Assembly (NCBI GenBank): GCA_964455375.1
Contig: CAYVXE010000001.1
Span: 8,201 to 72,200 of the forward strand
Direction of reading: 5' to 3'
From: an uncultured Calditrichaceae bacterium
GTDB lineage: Bacteria; Zhuqueibacterota; Zhuqueibacteria; Oceanimicrobiales; Oceanimicrobiaceae
DNA: 64,000 bases
The first letter of the stretch is position 1; each line of letters begins with the position of its first letter. The notes beneath the pieces were generated by a model. The model was not told the DNA's origin. It ran no database searches and saw only the letters and a program-made list of their open reading frames with translations. This document shows positions 1 through 10,588 of the stretch, one piece after another. The position numbers and the translations under genes were made by a program.

Positions 1-1
1 G

Positions 2-2152
2 GAAACTCCGGAAAGGGCACCATCCGCAGAACAAGGTTCAGAGGATTCTCCCTGGCTTGCATTAAGCCCGGAAAACGGTGAAGAATTTGGCAAGGATGAA
101 GAAATTTTAATTGCGGTCTCTTTTACCGGAACCACCAACGATTCTGTAGACGCCAACAGCGTGCATCTGTTTCTGGATGGTCGGGATGTAACCCAACGTA
201 CGGAAGTTTCAAATTATTTGATGACACTTGCGGCTCCGCAAATTTCTCCAGGCCGCCACACCGTACTTGTTAATGGCCTGCTGTATTCCGGAAAAGAATT
301 GCCGGTCTTGAGCTGGTCGTTTACAATGAAGGGAGAGAAAAGGAAAATTGAACGGGAAGTACCGTTGGCACATGGGCGAATTTTTGCGGAGTCACGGCAG
401 GAAAATATCAGCGATATCGGGTTTACGGATAATAATATCGGGGGCGCTGTTTCCGGTAAATATGGTATCGCCAAGTATGATGCCCGGGTTTATTTCACCT
501 CGCGTGAAAATGGTCGTTTTCAGTCAAGAAACCGTTTCACGTTTGATTTGCAACTGCCGGTGCTTGGGGTGACCGTTGGCGACACCTATCCCCGCTTCAA
601 TGATTTGATGCTTTGGGGAAAACGGGTACGCGGAATTTACGGCCGTTTGCATACCGGTTTTTTTAACGTGGATGTGGTGCATGGGGAAACGGTGCGCAGA
701 GTGTCGGCACTAAATCAGGTTGCTGTGGACACTACAACCGGAGACACGTTGAAATCCGTCGTTACCGGTCTGGACTCTTTGTTTATAGCTGAATTAGGCA
801 CCTTCAGACAAAAATTGTTGGGGATTCGCTCCAGCTTTGGCAGCGGACGTAATTTTCAACTGGGCTTTAATTTGCTGAAAGTCCGCGATGATACCACCTC
901 GCTTGCTGCCGGACAGTTCGGTGTTGCACCTCAAGATAATATTGTGGTTGGGTCAGACTTTCTTTTGTCCTTGGCGAGACGGCGCATCGAATTTAAGGCT
1001 GCTACAGCCATCAGTCTGCTATCAAACGATATTTCCACAGGGCCTCTATCGAAAGCTGAGATCGAAAATCAATTTGACGTGAACCTGCCGTTTGATCCGG
1101 CAGATTTTAGCAAATATCTGATTATCAATGCAAGTACAACTCCGTTGGACCCGCGGGATTTAACGTCGTTGGCATATAATTTCAGCATGGGCTTGAATTT
1201 TTTTAATAATAGCCTCCAGGTTGGTTATAAACGTATCGGTTCGCAATATATGTCGTTAGGGAACTCATTTTTAAGAAATAACCTGCGCGGATTTTATTTG
1301 AACGATCGTATTCGTATGTTCCAAAATAAATTTTATTTAAATTTCGGGTTTGAGAATAATAAGGATAATTTTAATTCCGCCGATGAAAATGCGCCAACTA
1401 ATTTAAGGACGGTGACCACAGGTTTCTCATTTTATCCCGGACAGGGGTTGCCAAATTTAACGTTCAACTTACGAAATCACAATCGCGATAACAATATCGA
1501 CTCTCTGTTTATCGATTTATCAAATGGTGTTCCGGATACCACTGATAATCGTGAAAATAACAACACCAAAGATTTAACGGTGCAGTTGAGTTATGATGCC
1601 CGTTTTTTAAATTTGCATCATTCGGTTTCGTTGAGCTACATTACGTCAGACCGCGACGATCGATTTAATCAAAGCAGAGTTACGGTGCTCGGCTCACCGT
1701 CTACTGAGACCTCGTCTAATGTTGAAGTGTTCTCCGTGCGTACGCGTTATGAAATTCCTTTGGTGACGACCATTAATTTTGCCCGTAATGACAATAGCTT
1801 TTCCGGAGGACTCAATTCATTTAATTTCAAAATGTTTGGTGCAAAAGCAGAGTACAAATTACTGCGGCAGCGCTTAAATACGTATGTGGGGATCAATTAT
1901 ACGACGGCTTCCGGAGTTTCCGCTACAGACACAACTGCAACAGGTGTCACATCTATCACAGACTATAAACGCATTACGTTCAATTTTGGTGCGCGCTACG
2001 AATTTATGCCGGGAAATTTTATCTTGCTGGACGGAAATCTTGTCAGTTTTAATGATAATGGGGCAACGCTGAACACCACGACCGGTGTTCTCGATCCGAA
2101 TCCCTCTTTCGCGGATCGCATTTTCCGCGTTTATTATGAGAAACGGTTTTAG
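2..2152 (+). CDS. Outer-membrane beta-barrel protein, 5' partial. The reading frame is open back to the window start.
   Basis: The frame is continuous from nt 2 with no stop, so the listed GTG at 161 is probably internal. The sequence is rich in Asn, Gly and Ser, with alternating hydrophobic stretches typical of beta-strands. The C-terminus is ...YYEKRF, a terminal aromatic residue as in outer-membrane protein (OMP) beta-signals. Confidence 0.5.
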   Translation, partial: ETPERAPSAEQGSEDSPWLALSPENGEEFGKDEEILIAVSFTGTTNDSVDANSVHLFLDGRDVTQRTEVSNYLMTLAAPQISPGRHTVLVNGLLYSGKELPVLSWSFTMKGEKRKIEREVPLAHGRIFAESRQENISDIGFTDNNIGGAVSGKYGIAKYDARVYFTSRENGRFQSRNRFTFDLQLPVLGVTVGDTYPRFNDLMLWGKRVRGIYGRLHTGFFNVDVVHGETVRRVSALNQVAVDTTTGDTLKSVVTGLDSLFIAELGTFRQKLLGIRSSFGSGRNFQLGFNLLKVRDDTTSLAAGQFGVAPQDNIVVGSDFLLSLARRRIEFKAATAISLLSNDISTGPLSKAEIENQFDVNLPFDPADFSKYLIINASTTPLDPRDLTSLAYNFSMGLNFFNNSLQVGYKRIGSQYMSLGNSFLRNNLRGFYLNDRIRMFQNKFYLNFGFENNKDNFNSADENAPTNLRTVTTGFSFYPGQGLPNLTFNLRNHNRDNNIDSLFIDLSNGVPDTTDNRENNNTKDLTVQLSYDARFLNLHHSVSLSYITSDRDDRFNQSRVTVLGSPSTETSSNVEVFSVRTRYEIPLVTTINFARNDNSFSGGLNSFNFKMFGAKAEYKLLRQRLNTYVGINYTTASGVSATDTTATGVTSITDYKRITFNFGARYEFMPGNFILLDGNLVSFNDNGATLNTTTGVLDPNPSFADRIFRVYYEKRF

Positions 2153-2415
2153 TGCCCATCTTCGTAAGCTTTCGTGATCTTTTCGTCCGGAAGACTTTGC
2201 GCCGGAAAACCCTTTTGTGAAAGAAACTTTGGAAATCGGTATTAAAATCATTTGATGTATCCATGGTTCAATTTGTATTTGAACGATCATGTTGCTAATG
2301 GATGTGGCTTATACAGGCATCTTCGAAGCATTACGTCTACCTTCAATAATATGAATTTGAAAAGATTTCTTAAATTGTGCATCCCCTTACATTTCCGCAA
2401 TATTTCATTTTTTTG

Positions 2416-2445
2416 TTGATGAAGTCTTCTTAAAAAGTGTATATT
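2416..2445 (+). promoter_or_regulatory. Putative sigma-70 promoter: TTGATG, 18-nt spacer, TATATT. It lies only about 7 nt upstream of the cyclase ATG.
   Basis: The hexamers were read directly from the sequence. Their position implies a leaderless or near-leaderless transcript. Confidence 0.35.
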
Positions 2446-2452
2446 CCTGTCA

Positions 2453-4591
2453 ATGAAATTTCCCACAGAAAAACTTATCGAACTCTGGCATAACAAATGG
2501 TTATTCGGAGTTATTATAGCATTTTTCTCTGCAGTTCTGGCGCTCATACTGGCCGGGATGCCTGCGTTTGAAAATTTCGAGTTCAAAACCTACGATGCCC
2601 GGTTTGCACTGCGCGGCGTTCAGGATGCAGAACAGGATAGTATCGTTATTGTCGCTATCGATGATCAGAGTTTTGTTGACCTGGATACAAAGTGGCCGTT
2701 TCCCAGAGTATTGTTGGCCAAGACGATTTTGAATTTATATAAAGCCGGCGCAAAACTCATCGTGGTCGATATTGAATTGACGGAAACCGGCAGGCAGCAG
2801 ATGCGCCAGGATACACTCCTTTACGGAGCTATCAAGGTTGCACAAAATGTGGTTTTATCCGGAAAATTAGTAACGCATTTTGGGAAAAATGACACAAAAA
2901 CGACATTTATTCTACCACCAAGTCAACTTTTTTTACAGGCCGGTGCAAAGTGGGGACTTGTTAATGTGGACGAGGATGCCGACGGATTTATCCGTCGTTA
3001 CTGGCTGTTTCATCGGCAAAATGACAAACTTTATTTCCCGCTGGCGGCTGAATGCTATTTGAATACACACTTTGGTAAGGATGGTCTGAATGCCGTTCGC
3101 TATGATGATGACGGGCGTTTAATTTTTGCAGACCGCCGCGTACCTACTGACGGCAATTCTATGCTCATTAACTTTCGCGGCCCGGCAAAGACATTTCCAA
3201 CCTATTCTTTTTCCAGCATTCTCGATGATGAAAACTTCGATTTGCCCAATGCAGAAGCGGATGTGGATATGTTTGAAATTCATAAAGAGGAAGGAACGTT
3301 TAAAAATAAAATCGTTTTTGTAGGAGCCACGGCAGAGGAGCTTCAGGACAATAAATTTGCACCGTTTTTTAATTACAAAGGCATTCAACGGAAATTGCCC
3401 GGTGTTGAACTGCATGCCAATGCTCTGAGCACATTGATGCGAGGTGATTTTATCTCTCCGCAAAATCCCTGGTTTGGCATTTTTGTTGTGTTTGTCCTCG
3501 CATTTGTTTCCATGCTGGTGACAAAATTATTGAAACCGTTTCGCGGTTTGTTCGTGGTTCTTGGAATCGTTTTGGCCTATGTCATCATCAGTTTATATGC
3601 TTTTATGCACAACCAGGTCTGGATTGAAATAACCGCACCCATGACGGGAATTATGCTGAGTTTTGTCGGTAATGTTCTGCATCAAACGCTTACGGAACAG
3701 CGTGAACGGATCCGCATTAAGAAGTCGTGGGAACAATACATGCCGAAAAATGTCATCGAGGACATGCTTGAATCCGGGAAATTACCTACCTACGGCGGAG
3801 AACGGAGGGAGCTGACGGTCCTTTTTTCTGATATTCGCAGTTTTACAACTTTTTCGGAAAAACACTCTTCGCGTGAAGTGGTGGAGAAACTCAATGAATA
3901 TCTCACTGCTATGGTAGATGTCATTTTCAAGAATGACGGTACGTTGGACAAATTTGTCGGCGATGAAATCATGGCGCTTTACGGGGCGCCGCACGCCTTT
4001 AAAAATCATGCTGAGAAAGCCTGTTACACGGCTCTGGAAATGATCGAGCGTCTGAGTGTATTACAAAAAACCTGGTCGGCGAGGAAAGAGGATTATTTCC
4101 AAATTGGTATCGGTGTAAATTCAGGGAAAATGATTTTGGGAAATTTAGGCTCGCAGCAACTGTTTGACTACACGGTGATCGGTGATAATGTCAATTTGGG
4201 AGCGCGCCTTGAGGGCACGAACAAACAATATGGTTCGAGAATTATTATCAGTGAATATACGTATAAGTCGGTAAAGCGCAAAGCCAAAGTCAGGGAATTG
4301 GATTTGGTTCGGGTTAAAGGAAAGAAAAAACCGGTAAAAATTTATGAATTGCGGGGCATGGGCACGTTGCCGTCTTCCATCGAACAGGACTTGATTATCG
4401 ATGTTTTCACTCAGGCGCTAAAGTATTATAAAGATTATAAATGGTACCAGGCATTGACGGAATTTAAACGAATATTGGCCTATTTTCCCACCGACGGGCC
4501 CACACGTGTTTATATTAAACGCTGCCTCGATTTTATTGAAAATCCCCCACCGGAAAATTGGGATGGCGTCTACGAATTCACATCAAAGTAG
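2453..4591 (+). CDS. CHASE2-sensor membrane adenylate/guanylate cyclase (class III nucleotidyl cyclase)
   Basis: An N-terminal transmembrane (TM) segment is followed by an extracytoplasmic CHASE2-like region of about 300 aa and then a cluster of TM helices. The cyclase homology domain carries LTVLFSDIRSFTTFSE...FVGDEIMALYGAP...GDNVNLGARLEG. The C-terminus looks like a TPR repeat region. Confidence 0.85.
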   Translation: MKFPTEKLIELWHNKWLFGVIIAFFSAVLALILAGMPAFENFEFKTYDARFALRGVQDAEQDSIVIVAIDDQSFVDLDTKWPFPRVLLAKTILNLYKAGAKLIVVDIELTETGRQQMRQDTLLYGAIKVAQNVVLSGKLVTHFGKNDTKTTFILPPSQLFLQAGAKWGLVNVDEDADGFIRRYWLFHRQNDKLYFPLAAECYLNTHFGKDGLNAVRYDDDGRLIFADRRVPTDGNSMLINFRGPAKTFPTYSFSSILDDENFDLPNAEADVDMFEIHKEEGTFKNKIVFVGATAEELQDNKFAPFFNYKGIQRKLPGVELHANALSTLMRGDFISPQNPWFGIFVVFVLAFVSMLVTKLLKPFRGLFVVLGIVLAYVIISLYAFMHNQVWIEITAPMTGIMLSFVGNVLHQTLTEQRERIRIKKSWEQYMPKNVIEDMLESGKLPTYGGERRELTVLFSDIRSFTTFSEKHSSREVVEKLNEYLTAMVDVIFKNDGTLDKFVGDEIMALYGAPHAFKNHAEKACYTALEMIERLSVLQKTWSARKEDYFQIGIGVNSGKMILGNLGSQQLFDYTVIGDNVNLGARLEGTNKQYGSRIIISEYTYKSVKRKAKVRELDLVRVKGKKKPVKIYELRGMGTLPSSIEQDLIIDVFTQALKYYKDYKWYQALTEFKRILAYFPTDGPTRVYIKRCLDFIENPPPENWDGVYEFTSK

Positions 4592-4773
4592 TTAGCCTGT
4601 CAAGTACGGGACTTGGTTGTGTTTGCAGGCCATGATTCTTTGAAGAATACAGATTTTTCTTCCCACCATCCTGTAAAAGTCTTCGTTGAGTTTTCATGTA
4701 ACGTTCATCTTATCTTCTCTGTCATACATTTCTCACACCCGTTTAGGTTTAAATGAAATTCCCATGCATCTTC

Positions 4774-4802
4774 TTGACAATCAGATATTTTTGTCGTATA
4801 TT
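4774..4802 (+). promoter_or_regulatory. Sigma-70 promoter: TTGACA, 17-nt spacer, TATATT. It sits upstream of prfB.
   Basis: A perfect -35 hexamer at 4774-4779 and a -10 hexamer at 4797-4802. This is the only strong promoter in the 250-nt gap that precedes a long run of tightly packed genes. Confidence 0.5.
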
Positions 4803-4845
4803 TCACACTAAATTTTTTTCTAAAAATTAGTTGTTTGGATTTCTT

Positions 4846-5968
4846 ATGGAAGCAGAATTAAAAGACGAACTCGACCAGTTAAGAGCACGGATTGAAAAGA
4901 TTCGTGAGTATCTTTGACGTCGAAAACAGGGAAAAGCAGATTACGGAATTGGAGCAACTGAGCTCAAATACCGACTTCTGGAACGATCAGGAAAATGCGC
5001 AAAAGGTGATGCGCAAAATTAGCGATCATCGAGATTATGTCCAACGCTATCAAAATCTGGCTGACCGCCATAAAGATTTAGACGAGTTGCTTGAGTTGGT
5101 GGAGGAGGAAGGTGATGAGGAAACGGTTACTGAAATTCAACACGATTTGGAGGAATTAAAAAGGAGCGTCGACGCCGTTGAGTTTCAGAATATGCTCGGC
5201 GAAAGGGATGATCCGAACAATGCCCTTCTTACCATTCATCCCGGTGCCGGTGGAACGGAATCGCAGGACTGGGCGCAAATGCTCATGCGCATGTACCTGC
5301 GCTGGATCGAAAATAATCAATATGAATGTGATATCCTGGATTTACAAAACGGCGATGAAGCAGGTATAAAAAGCGTCACCATTGAAGTGAAGGGCAAATT
5401 TGCTTACGGCTATTTGAAGGCGGAGGCCGGGGTTCACCGCCTGGTGCGTATCTCACCATTTGATGCAAACTCCAGACGCCACACCTCTTTTGCTTCGGTA
5501 TTTGTATTCCCGGAAATTGATGATACCATTGAAATTAAGATCGACCCGAATGATCTGCGTATCGATACGTACAGAGCAAGCGGTGCCGGTGGCCAGCACG
5601 TGAATAAAACCAGTTCGGCGGTCAGGATTACGCATATTCCCAGCGGCATCGTTGTGCAGTGCCAGAGTGAACGCTCGCAGCACCGCAATAAAGACAGTGC
5701 TATGAAAATCCTCATGTCGCGTCTTTATCAGAAAAAGAAGGACGAGGAAGAGGAAAAAATGTCGGAAATTCAAAAAAGTAAAAAGGATATCTCCTGGGGC
5801 AGTCAGATTCGGTCGTACGTTTTCCATCCATATACTATGGTGAAAGACCACCGTACCAACATTGAAACCAGCAACACGCAGGCGGTTATGGATGGCCAGT
5901 TAGATCAATTCATTCAGGGCTATCTGATGAGCAAAAAGAAACGTGCTGAAGGTTCCGCTGCCGGATAA
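4846..5968 (+). CDS. prfB: Peptide chain release factor 2, with a programmed +1 ribosomal frameshift
   Basis: Frame 0 reads MEAELKDELDQLRARIEKIREYL from the ATG at 4846 and ends at an in-frame TGA at 4915-4917. That stop lies in the canonical TAT CTT TGA C shift site. The +1 frame then continues as DVENREK... and carries the SPF tripeptide motif and the GGQ motif (RASGAGGQHVNKTSSAVRITHIPSG). The ORF track shows only the +1 part, starting from a TTG at 4892. Confidence 0.9.
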
Positions 5969-5985
5969 TGGGCAGAGATGTATCC

Positions 5986-7095
5986 ATGGAGGAACAAACT
6001 ACATACGCTGAAATAGATCTTCGGGCAATTTCTCATAATCTGAAAGAGATTCAAAAAAAAGTATCTCCGGCCAAAGTGATGGCTGTGGTTAAAGCTGACG
6101 CGTACGGACACGGTATCCTCCGGGTCGCGGAAACGGCTGTAACAAGCGGTGCCGCTTATTTGGGCGTAGCGAGAGTTGAAGAGGGCGTCCAGCTACGAAA
6201 GAATGGAATTACAAGTCCTATTCTTGTGTTCGGCGGTTTTTTTGAAAATCAGATAAGCGCCTATTTGGTGCATAATTTGACAGCCACAGTGTACGATTTC
6301 AAACGTGTGCAAATGCTGTCCCAGGCGGCGAGAAAGGCACACAAAACGGCTGTCGTGCACATAAAAGTAGATACAGGCATGGGCAGGGTAGGTGTCAACT
6401 GGCAGGACGCGCCCGAATTTGTTACTCGTGTGCTGCAAGTTACACAGATAGAGCTGGAAGGCGTTTATTCGCATTTTGCTTCATCCGATACAAAAGATAA
6501 ATCGTATGCAGCGTTGCAACTGCAAAGGTTTAATCAGGTGCTTTCTTATGCCGAGCAGCAAAATATTCGCATTCCGTTGAAGCACATTGCAAACAGCGGT
6601 GCAATTCTCGACATGGAAAACAGTTATTTCGATATGGTTCGGGCTGGCGTGATGATGTACGGCTACTACCCTTCAACTGAAACCACGGAAAGTGTCACGA
6701 TTAAGCCGGCAATGACGCTGGCATCGAAAATTATTGCGGTCAAAGAAGTGGAAGCGGGAACGGCTGTAAGCTACAATTCGACTTATAAAACGGATCGACG
6801 AACCCGCATTGCAACGGTTCCCATCGGTTATGGCGATGGCTACAATCGTTTGCTTTCGAATCGGGGAACCGTCCTGATACGTGGAAAGCGTTTTCCGGTT
6901 GTTGGCCGGGTTTGCATGGATCAAATCATGGTAGACCTCGGGTCGGATGATGCTCAAACTGGTGACGATGTGATCTTAATGGGGCGACAGCGTGATGAAG
7001 AGATAAGCATCTATGAGGTCTGCCATCTGTTGAGCACCATACCGTATGAAGTGACATGTTTAATTACAAAGCGGGTTCCGCGGAAATATATTTAA
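5986..7095 (+). CDS. alr: Alanine racemase. An alternative start is the ATG at 5968, which overlaps the prfB stop.
   Basis: The pyridoxal-phosphate (PLP) lysine motif AVVKADAYGHG is present. The length and C-terminal region are typical of Alr. Confidence 0.85.
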   Translation: MEEQTTYAEIDLRAISHNLKEIQKKVSPAKVMAVVKADAYGHGILRVAETAVTSGAAYLGVARVEEGVQLRKNGITSPILVFGGFFENQISAYLVHNLTATVYDFKRVQMLSQAARKAHKTAVVHIKVDTGMGRVGVNWQDAPEFVTRVLQVTQIELEGVYSHFASSDTKDKSYAALQLQRFNQVLSYAEQQNIRIPLKHIANSGAILDMENSYFDMVRAGVMMYGYYPSTETTESVTIKPAMTLASKIIAVKEVEAGTAVSYNSTYKTDRRTRIATVPIGYGDGYNRLLSNRGTVLIRGKRFPVVGRVCMDQIMVDLGSDDAQTGDDVILMGRQRDEEISIYEVCHLLSTIPYEVTCLITKRVPRKYI

Positions 7096-7098
7096 CCA

Positions 7099-8631
7099 AT
7101 GAAGGAAATAATGGCAGAAAACCTTAAAGATACAGAAATACAGGAATTAAGTGAAATTCTGAAGATTCGGCGACATAAACTGGATCAGTTAAAAGAACTC
7201 GGTGTGAACCCTTATCCGTACAAGTTTGAGCGGTCACATTATTCCGGAGAGATTGTTTCAAAAGCTGATGATTTTCTTGAAAAGGACGTCTCGTTGACGG
7301 GCAGGTTAATGTCAATCCGCGGGCATGGTAAGGTTTATTTCGCTCATATAATGGATTTGCAAGGAAAGATTCAGATATATGTTAAAAAGGATTCCATCGG
7401 TGAAGACGCATTCCAAATGTTCAAACTTTTGGATATCGGTGATATTATCGGAGTGCGCGGAAAAGTATTTGTGACCCGCACAGGGGAGACCACAATTCAA
7501 GTGATACATGTGGAACTATTGTCAAAAACGTTGAGGCCCCTACCGATTGTCAAAGAAAAAGTTGCGGGGGATGAAAAAATCGTGTACGATCAGGTATCGG
7601 ATAAAGAACTCCGTTACCGTCAACGTTATGTGGATTTGATCATAAACCCGGAAGTCCGTGATGTTTTTGTTATGCGTTCTCGCATTATTTCCGGCATGCG
7701 CAGGTTTCTCGATGAACGTGGTTACCTGGAAGTGGAAACTCCGGTGCTTCAGCCTATTTACGGTGGCGCTTCAGCCCGTCCGTTCGTAACGCATCACAAT
7801 GCGCTGGATATTGAGTTGTATTTACGAATCGCTGATGAGTTGTACCTGAAACGTCTGATCGTCGGTGGCTATGAAGGTGTTTATGAAATCTCCAAAGATT
7901 TCCGGAATGAAGGGATGGACCGGTTTCATAATCCTGAATTCACTATGATGGAACTGTACGTGGCATACGAAGACTATCATTTCATGATGCATCTGGTGGA
8001 AGAGATGATTGGATTTCTGGCCACTGAATTGTTTGGTGAAATGAAACTTCAGTATCAAGGAGAAGAAATCGACTTAACGCCGCCGTGGAAACGCATTTCG
8101 CTGTTTGACGCGATAAAAGAAGCTACCGGAAAAGATTTGTATGGAAAAGGGTTGGATGATTTAATACATGTTGCAAACGAGTTAGATATTAAGGTTGAAT
8201 CATTTTGGCGCGAAGGTAAAATTATCGATGAAATTTTCAGCGAAAAAGTTGAATCGAATTTGATTCAGCCGACGTTTATTATGGATTATCCGGTTGAACT
8301 TTCGCCACTGGCCAAACGTCACCGTGATGATCCGAAATTGGTGGAACGGTTTGAACCGTTTATGGTTGGCGGTGAATTTGGCAATGCTTTTTCAGAGCTG
8401 AATGATCCTCTTGACCAGCGTGCGCGGTTTATGAAGCAAAAAGAACTTCTCGAACTTGGTGATGATGAGGCGCAGATGCTGGATGAAGATTATCTCCGTG
8501 CTTTGGAATACGGCATGCCGCCGACGACAGGTCTGGGAATCGGACTTGATCGATTGGTTATGTTGTTTACGAATCAATCGTCCATAAAAGACGTTATTTT
8601 ATTTCCGCAAATGCGGCCCGAATCAAAATAA
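7099..8631 (+). CDS. lysS: Lysine--tRNA ligase (class II)
   Basis: An N-terminal OB-fold anticodon-binding domain is followed by the class II motifs, including ...GLGIGLDRLVMLFTNQSSIKDVILFP. prfB and lysS are linked, as in E. coli. Confidence 0.9.
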   Translation: MKEIMAENLKDTEIQELSEILKIRRHKLDQLKELGVNPYPYKFERSHYSGEIVSKADDFLEKDVSLTGRLMSIRGHGKVYFAHIMDLQGKIQIYVKKDSIGEDAFQMFKLLDIGDIIGVRGKVFVTRTGETTIQVIHVELLSKTLRPLPIVKEKVAGDEKIVYDQVSDKELRYRQRYVDLIINPEVRDVFVMRSRIISGMRRFLDERGYLEVETPVLQPIYGGASARPFVTHHNALDIELYLRIADELYLKRLIVGGYEGVYEISKDFRNEGMDRFHNPEFTMMELYVAYEDYHFMMHLVEEMIGFLATELFGEMKLQYQGEEIDLTPPWKRISLFDAIKEATGKDLYGKGLDDLIHVANELDIKVESFWREGKIIDEIFSEKVESNLIQPTFIMDYPVELSPLAKRHRDDPKLVERFEPFMVGGEFGNAFSELNDPLDQRARFMKQKELLELGDDEAQMLDEDYLRALEYGMPPTTGLGIGLDRLVMLFTNQSSIKDVILFPQMRPESK

Positions 8632-8643
8632 ATTGAACAGCTT

Positions 8644-9882
8644 ATGTCTTACGAACTATTTATCGCGACGCGGTACTTAAAATCGAAACGTAAAACCGGA
8701 TTTATTTCTCTTATTACTTATATTTCCATTCTCGGCGTTACGATTGGTGTGGCTGCTTTGATTGTTGTACTGTCTATTATGAATGGATTTGAGAGTGAAG
8801 TGCGGGAACGCATTATCGGGTTTGGCGCGCATATCGAATTGCGAAAATTTCACAGTCAGGGAGTGGAAGATTACCAAAAATTAATCGATCAAATAAAAAA
8901 TATTGATCATATTAAAGGAATTTCTCCTTATATTAATGAGAAAGCTTTAATTATTTCAAAGTCGAAAAAATCAGGTTTGGGGGTTAAAGGAATAGATGCG
9001 AAAACCGTGTCGCAGGTGTCTGATATCAAGGACAATATTACCTATGGTGAATTCAATATTGGCAATGTTCCTTCGGACAGAAGAAAAACATATCCGGGAA
9101 TTATTCTCGGTGTGTACCTTGCGGACAAACTGGATGTGGATTTGGGTGATAAAGTAAGCATCCTGAGTCCCACGGGAATTTCACCGTTGATGTCGAAAAT
9201 TCCCGCGATGCGTACATTTGTCGTAACCGGTTTTTTTGAAACCGGAATATTTGAATTTGATGATGTTTTTGCGTATGTTTCCATTAAGGAAGCTCAGCGG
9301 CTCTTTGAAATGAAAGATAAGGTCACAGGTCTGGAAATAAAATTGGATGATCTGGACAAAGCAGACCTGGTGGCAAACAAGGTTGATCAGATTTTGGGCT
9401 ATCCGTATGCAACGGTTACCTGGTTTGAAATGAACAAAAATCTTTTTTCCTGGATGGAGATAGAGAAGTGGGGTGCGTTTATCATTTTAAGTTTGATCAT
9501 TATGGTCGCCGCTTTTAATATTGTTAGCACGTTGATCATGGTGGTATTGGAAAAGACCAAAGAGATCGGAATTTTAAAGTCCATGGGAGCGTCGTCATCC
9601 GGGATTTTAAAAATCTTCATGTTTGAAGGTTTAGTGGGTGGGGTAATCGGTACAATTTTGGGTTGTGTGATAGGCTATGGATTGTGCTGGTCGCAAATAG
9701 AATTCCAATATTTTTCGTTACCAGCCGATGTATATATCATTAACGCATTGCCTGTTTTGATGAAATTTCGCGATTTTATCCTGATATCAGGGGCGGGAAT
9801 TCTGCTCTGTTTTCTGGCCACCATTTATCCGGCCAGAAAAGCTTCTAAATTAGACCCGGTAGAAGCCATTCGTTATGAGTAG
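8644..9882 (+). CDS. lolE: Lipoprotein-releasing ABC transporter permease of the LolC/LolE (FtsX) family
   Basis: Four TM segments, a large periplasmic loop between TM1 and TM2, and a C-terminal FtsX-like region. It is translationally coupled to the following ATPase. Confidence 0.75.
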   Translation: MSYELFIATRYLKSKRKTGFISLITYISILGVTIGVAALIVVLSIMNGFESEVRERIIGFGAHIELRKFHSQGVEDYQKLIDQIKNIDHIKGISPYINEKALIISKSKKSGLGVKGIDAKTVSQVSDIKDNITYGEFNIGNVPSDRRKTYPGIILGVYLADKLDVDLGDKVSILSPTGISPLMSKIPAMRTFVVTGFFETGIFEFDDVFAYVSIKEAQRLFEMKDKVTGLEIKLDDLDKADLVANKVDQILGYPYATVTWFEMNKNLFSWMEIEKWGAFIILSLIIMVAAFNIVSTLIMVVLEKTKEIGILKSMGASSSGILKIFMFEGLVGGVIGTILGCVIGYGLCWSQIEFQYFSLPADVYIINALPVLMKFRDFILISGAGILLCFLATIYPARKASKLDPVEAIRYE

Positions 9883-10588
9883 TGATTATATGGCAGATAG
9901 AATACTGACAGCGACGGATGTGCACAGAACCTTCAAAATGGGGAAATCTGAAGTACCCGTTCTTAAAGGGATCGATATTGAGGTAAACCAGGGACAGATC
10001 GTGGCAATTGTCGGCCAATCAGGGGCCGGAAAAAGTACACTGTTGCACATCCTAGGAACACTGGATAAGCCGACGAGTGGAACAGTTGAAATCGATCATA
10101 CAGATATTCTTGATTTTAAGGAAAATGAACTCGCACATTTTCGGAATGAAATGATCGGTTTTGTGTTTCAGTTTCATCATTTATTACCGGAATTCTCGGC
10201 CCTGGAGAATGTGATGATGCCCGGGATGATCAAAGGAACCCAGAGCCGTTCCATGGAAGACAGGGCAAAAATGTTGCTCGCCGATGTTGGCCTTGCGAAT
10301 CGCATGAATCATAGACCCGGTGAGCTTTCCGGCGGTGAAATGCAGCGTGTGGCTGTTGCCAGAGCATTGATGAATGATCCAAAATTGATTTTAGCAGATG
10401 AACCATCCGGGAATTTGGATCAAAAGGCCAGCAAAGCTTTGCATGAACTGTTGTGGAATTTAAGCCGAAAAGATAATCGAACCTTTATAATTGTGACACA
10501 TAATCTTGAATTAGCGGGAAATGCCGATAAAATTGTAGAACTGTCTGATGGGCGTATCACGAAAGAACAATTAAACCAACTTGTGTAA
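9875..10588 (+). CDS. lolD: Lipoprotein-releasing ABC transporter ATP-binding protein
   Basis: Walker A motif GQSGAGKST, the ABC signature LSGGEMQRVAVARAL, and Walker B motif LILADEP. Confidence 0.8.
   Translation: MSSDYMADRILTATDVHRTFKMGKSEVPVLKGIDIEVNQGQIVAIVGQSGAGKSTLLHILGTLDKPTSGTVEIDHTDILDFKENELAHFRNEMIGFVFQFHHLLPEFSALENVMMPGMIKGTQSRSMEDRAKMLLADVGLANRMNHRPGELSGGEMQRVAVARALMNDPKLILADEPSGNLDQKASKALHELLWNLSRKDNRTFIIVTHNLELAGNADKIVELSDGRITKEQLNQLV

Noticed and set aside
1874-2290. ORFs of 138 aa and 71 aa on the minus strand, inside or overlapping the 3' end of the first outer-membrane protein gene
   Set aside because: They lie antisense within a well-supported coding region and have low-complexity, Arg/Cys-rich composition. 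They are typical shadow ORFs.
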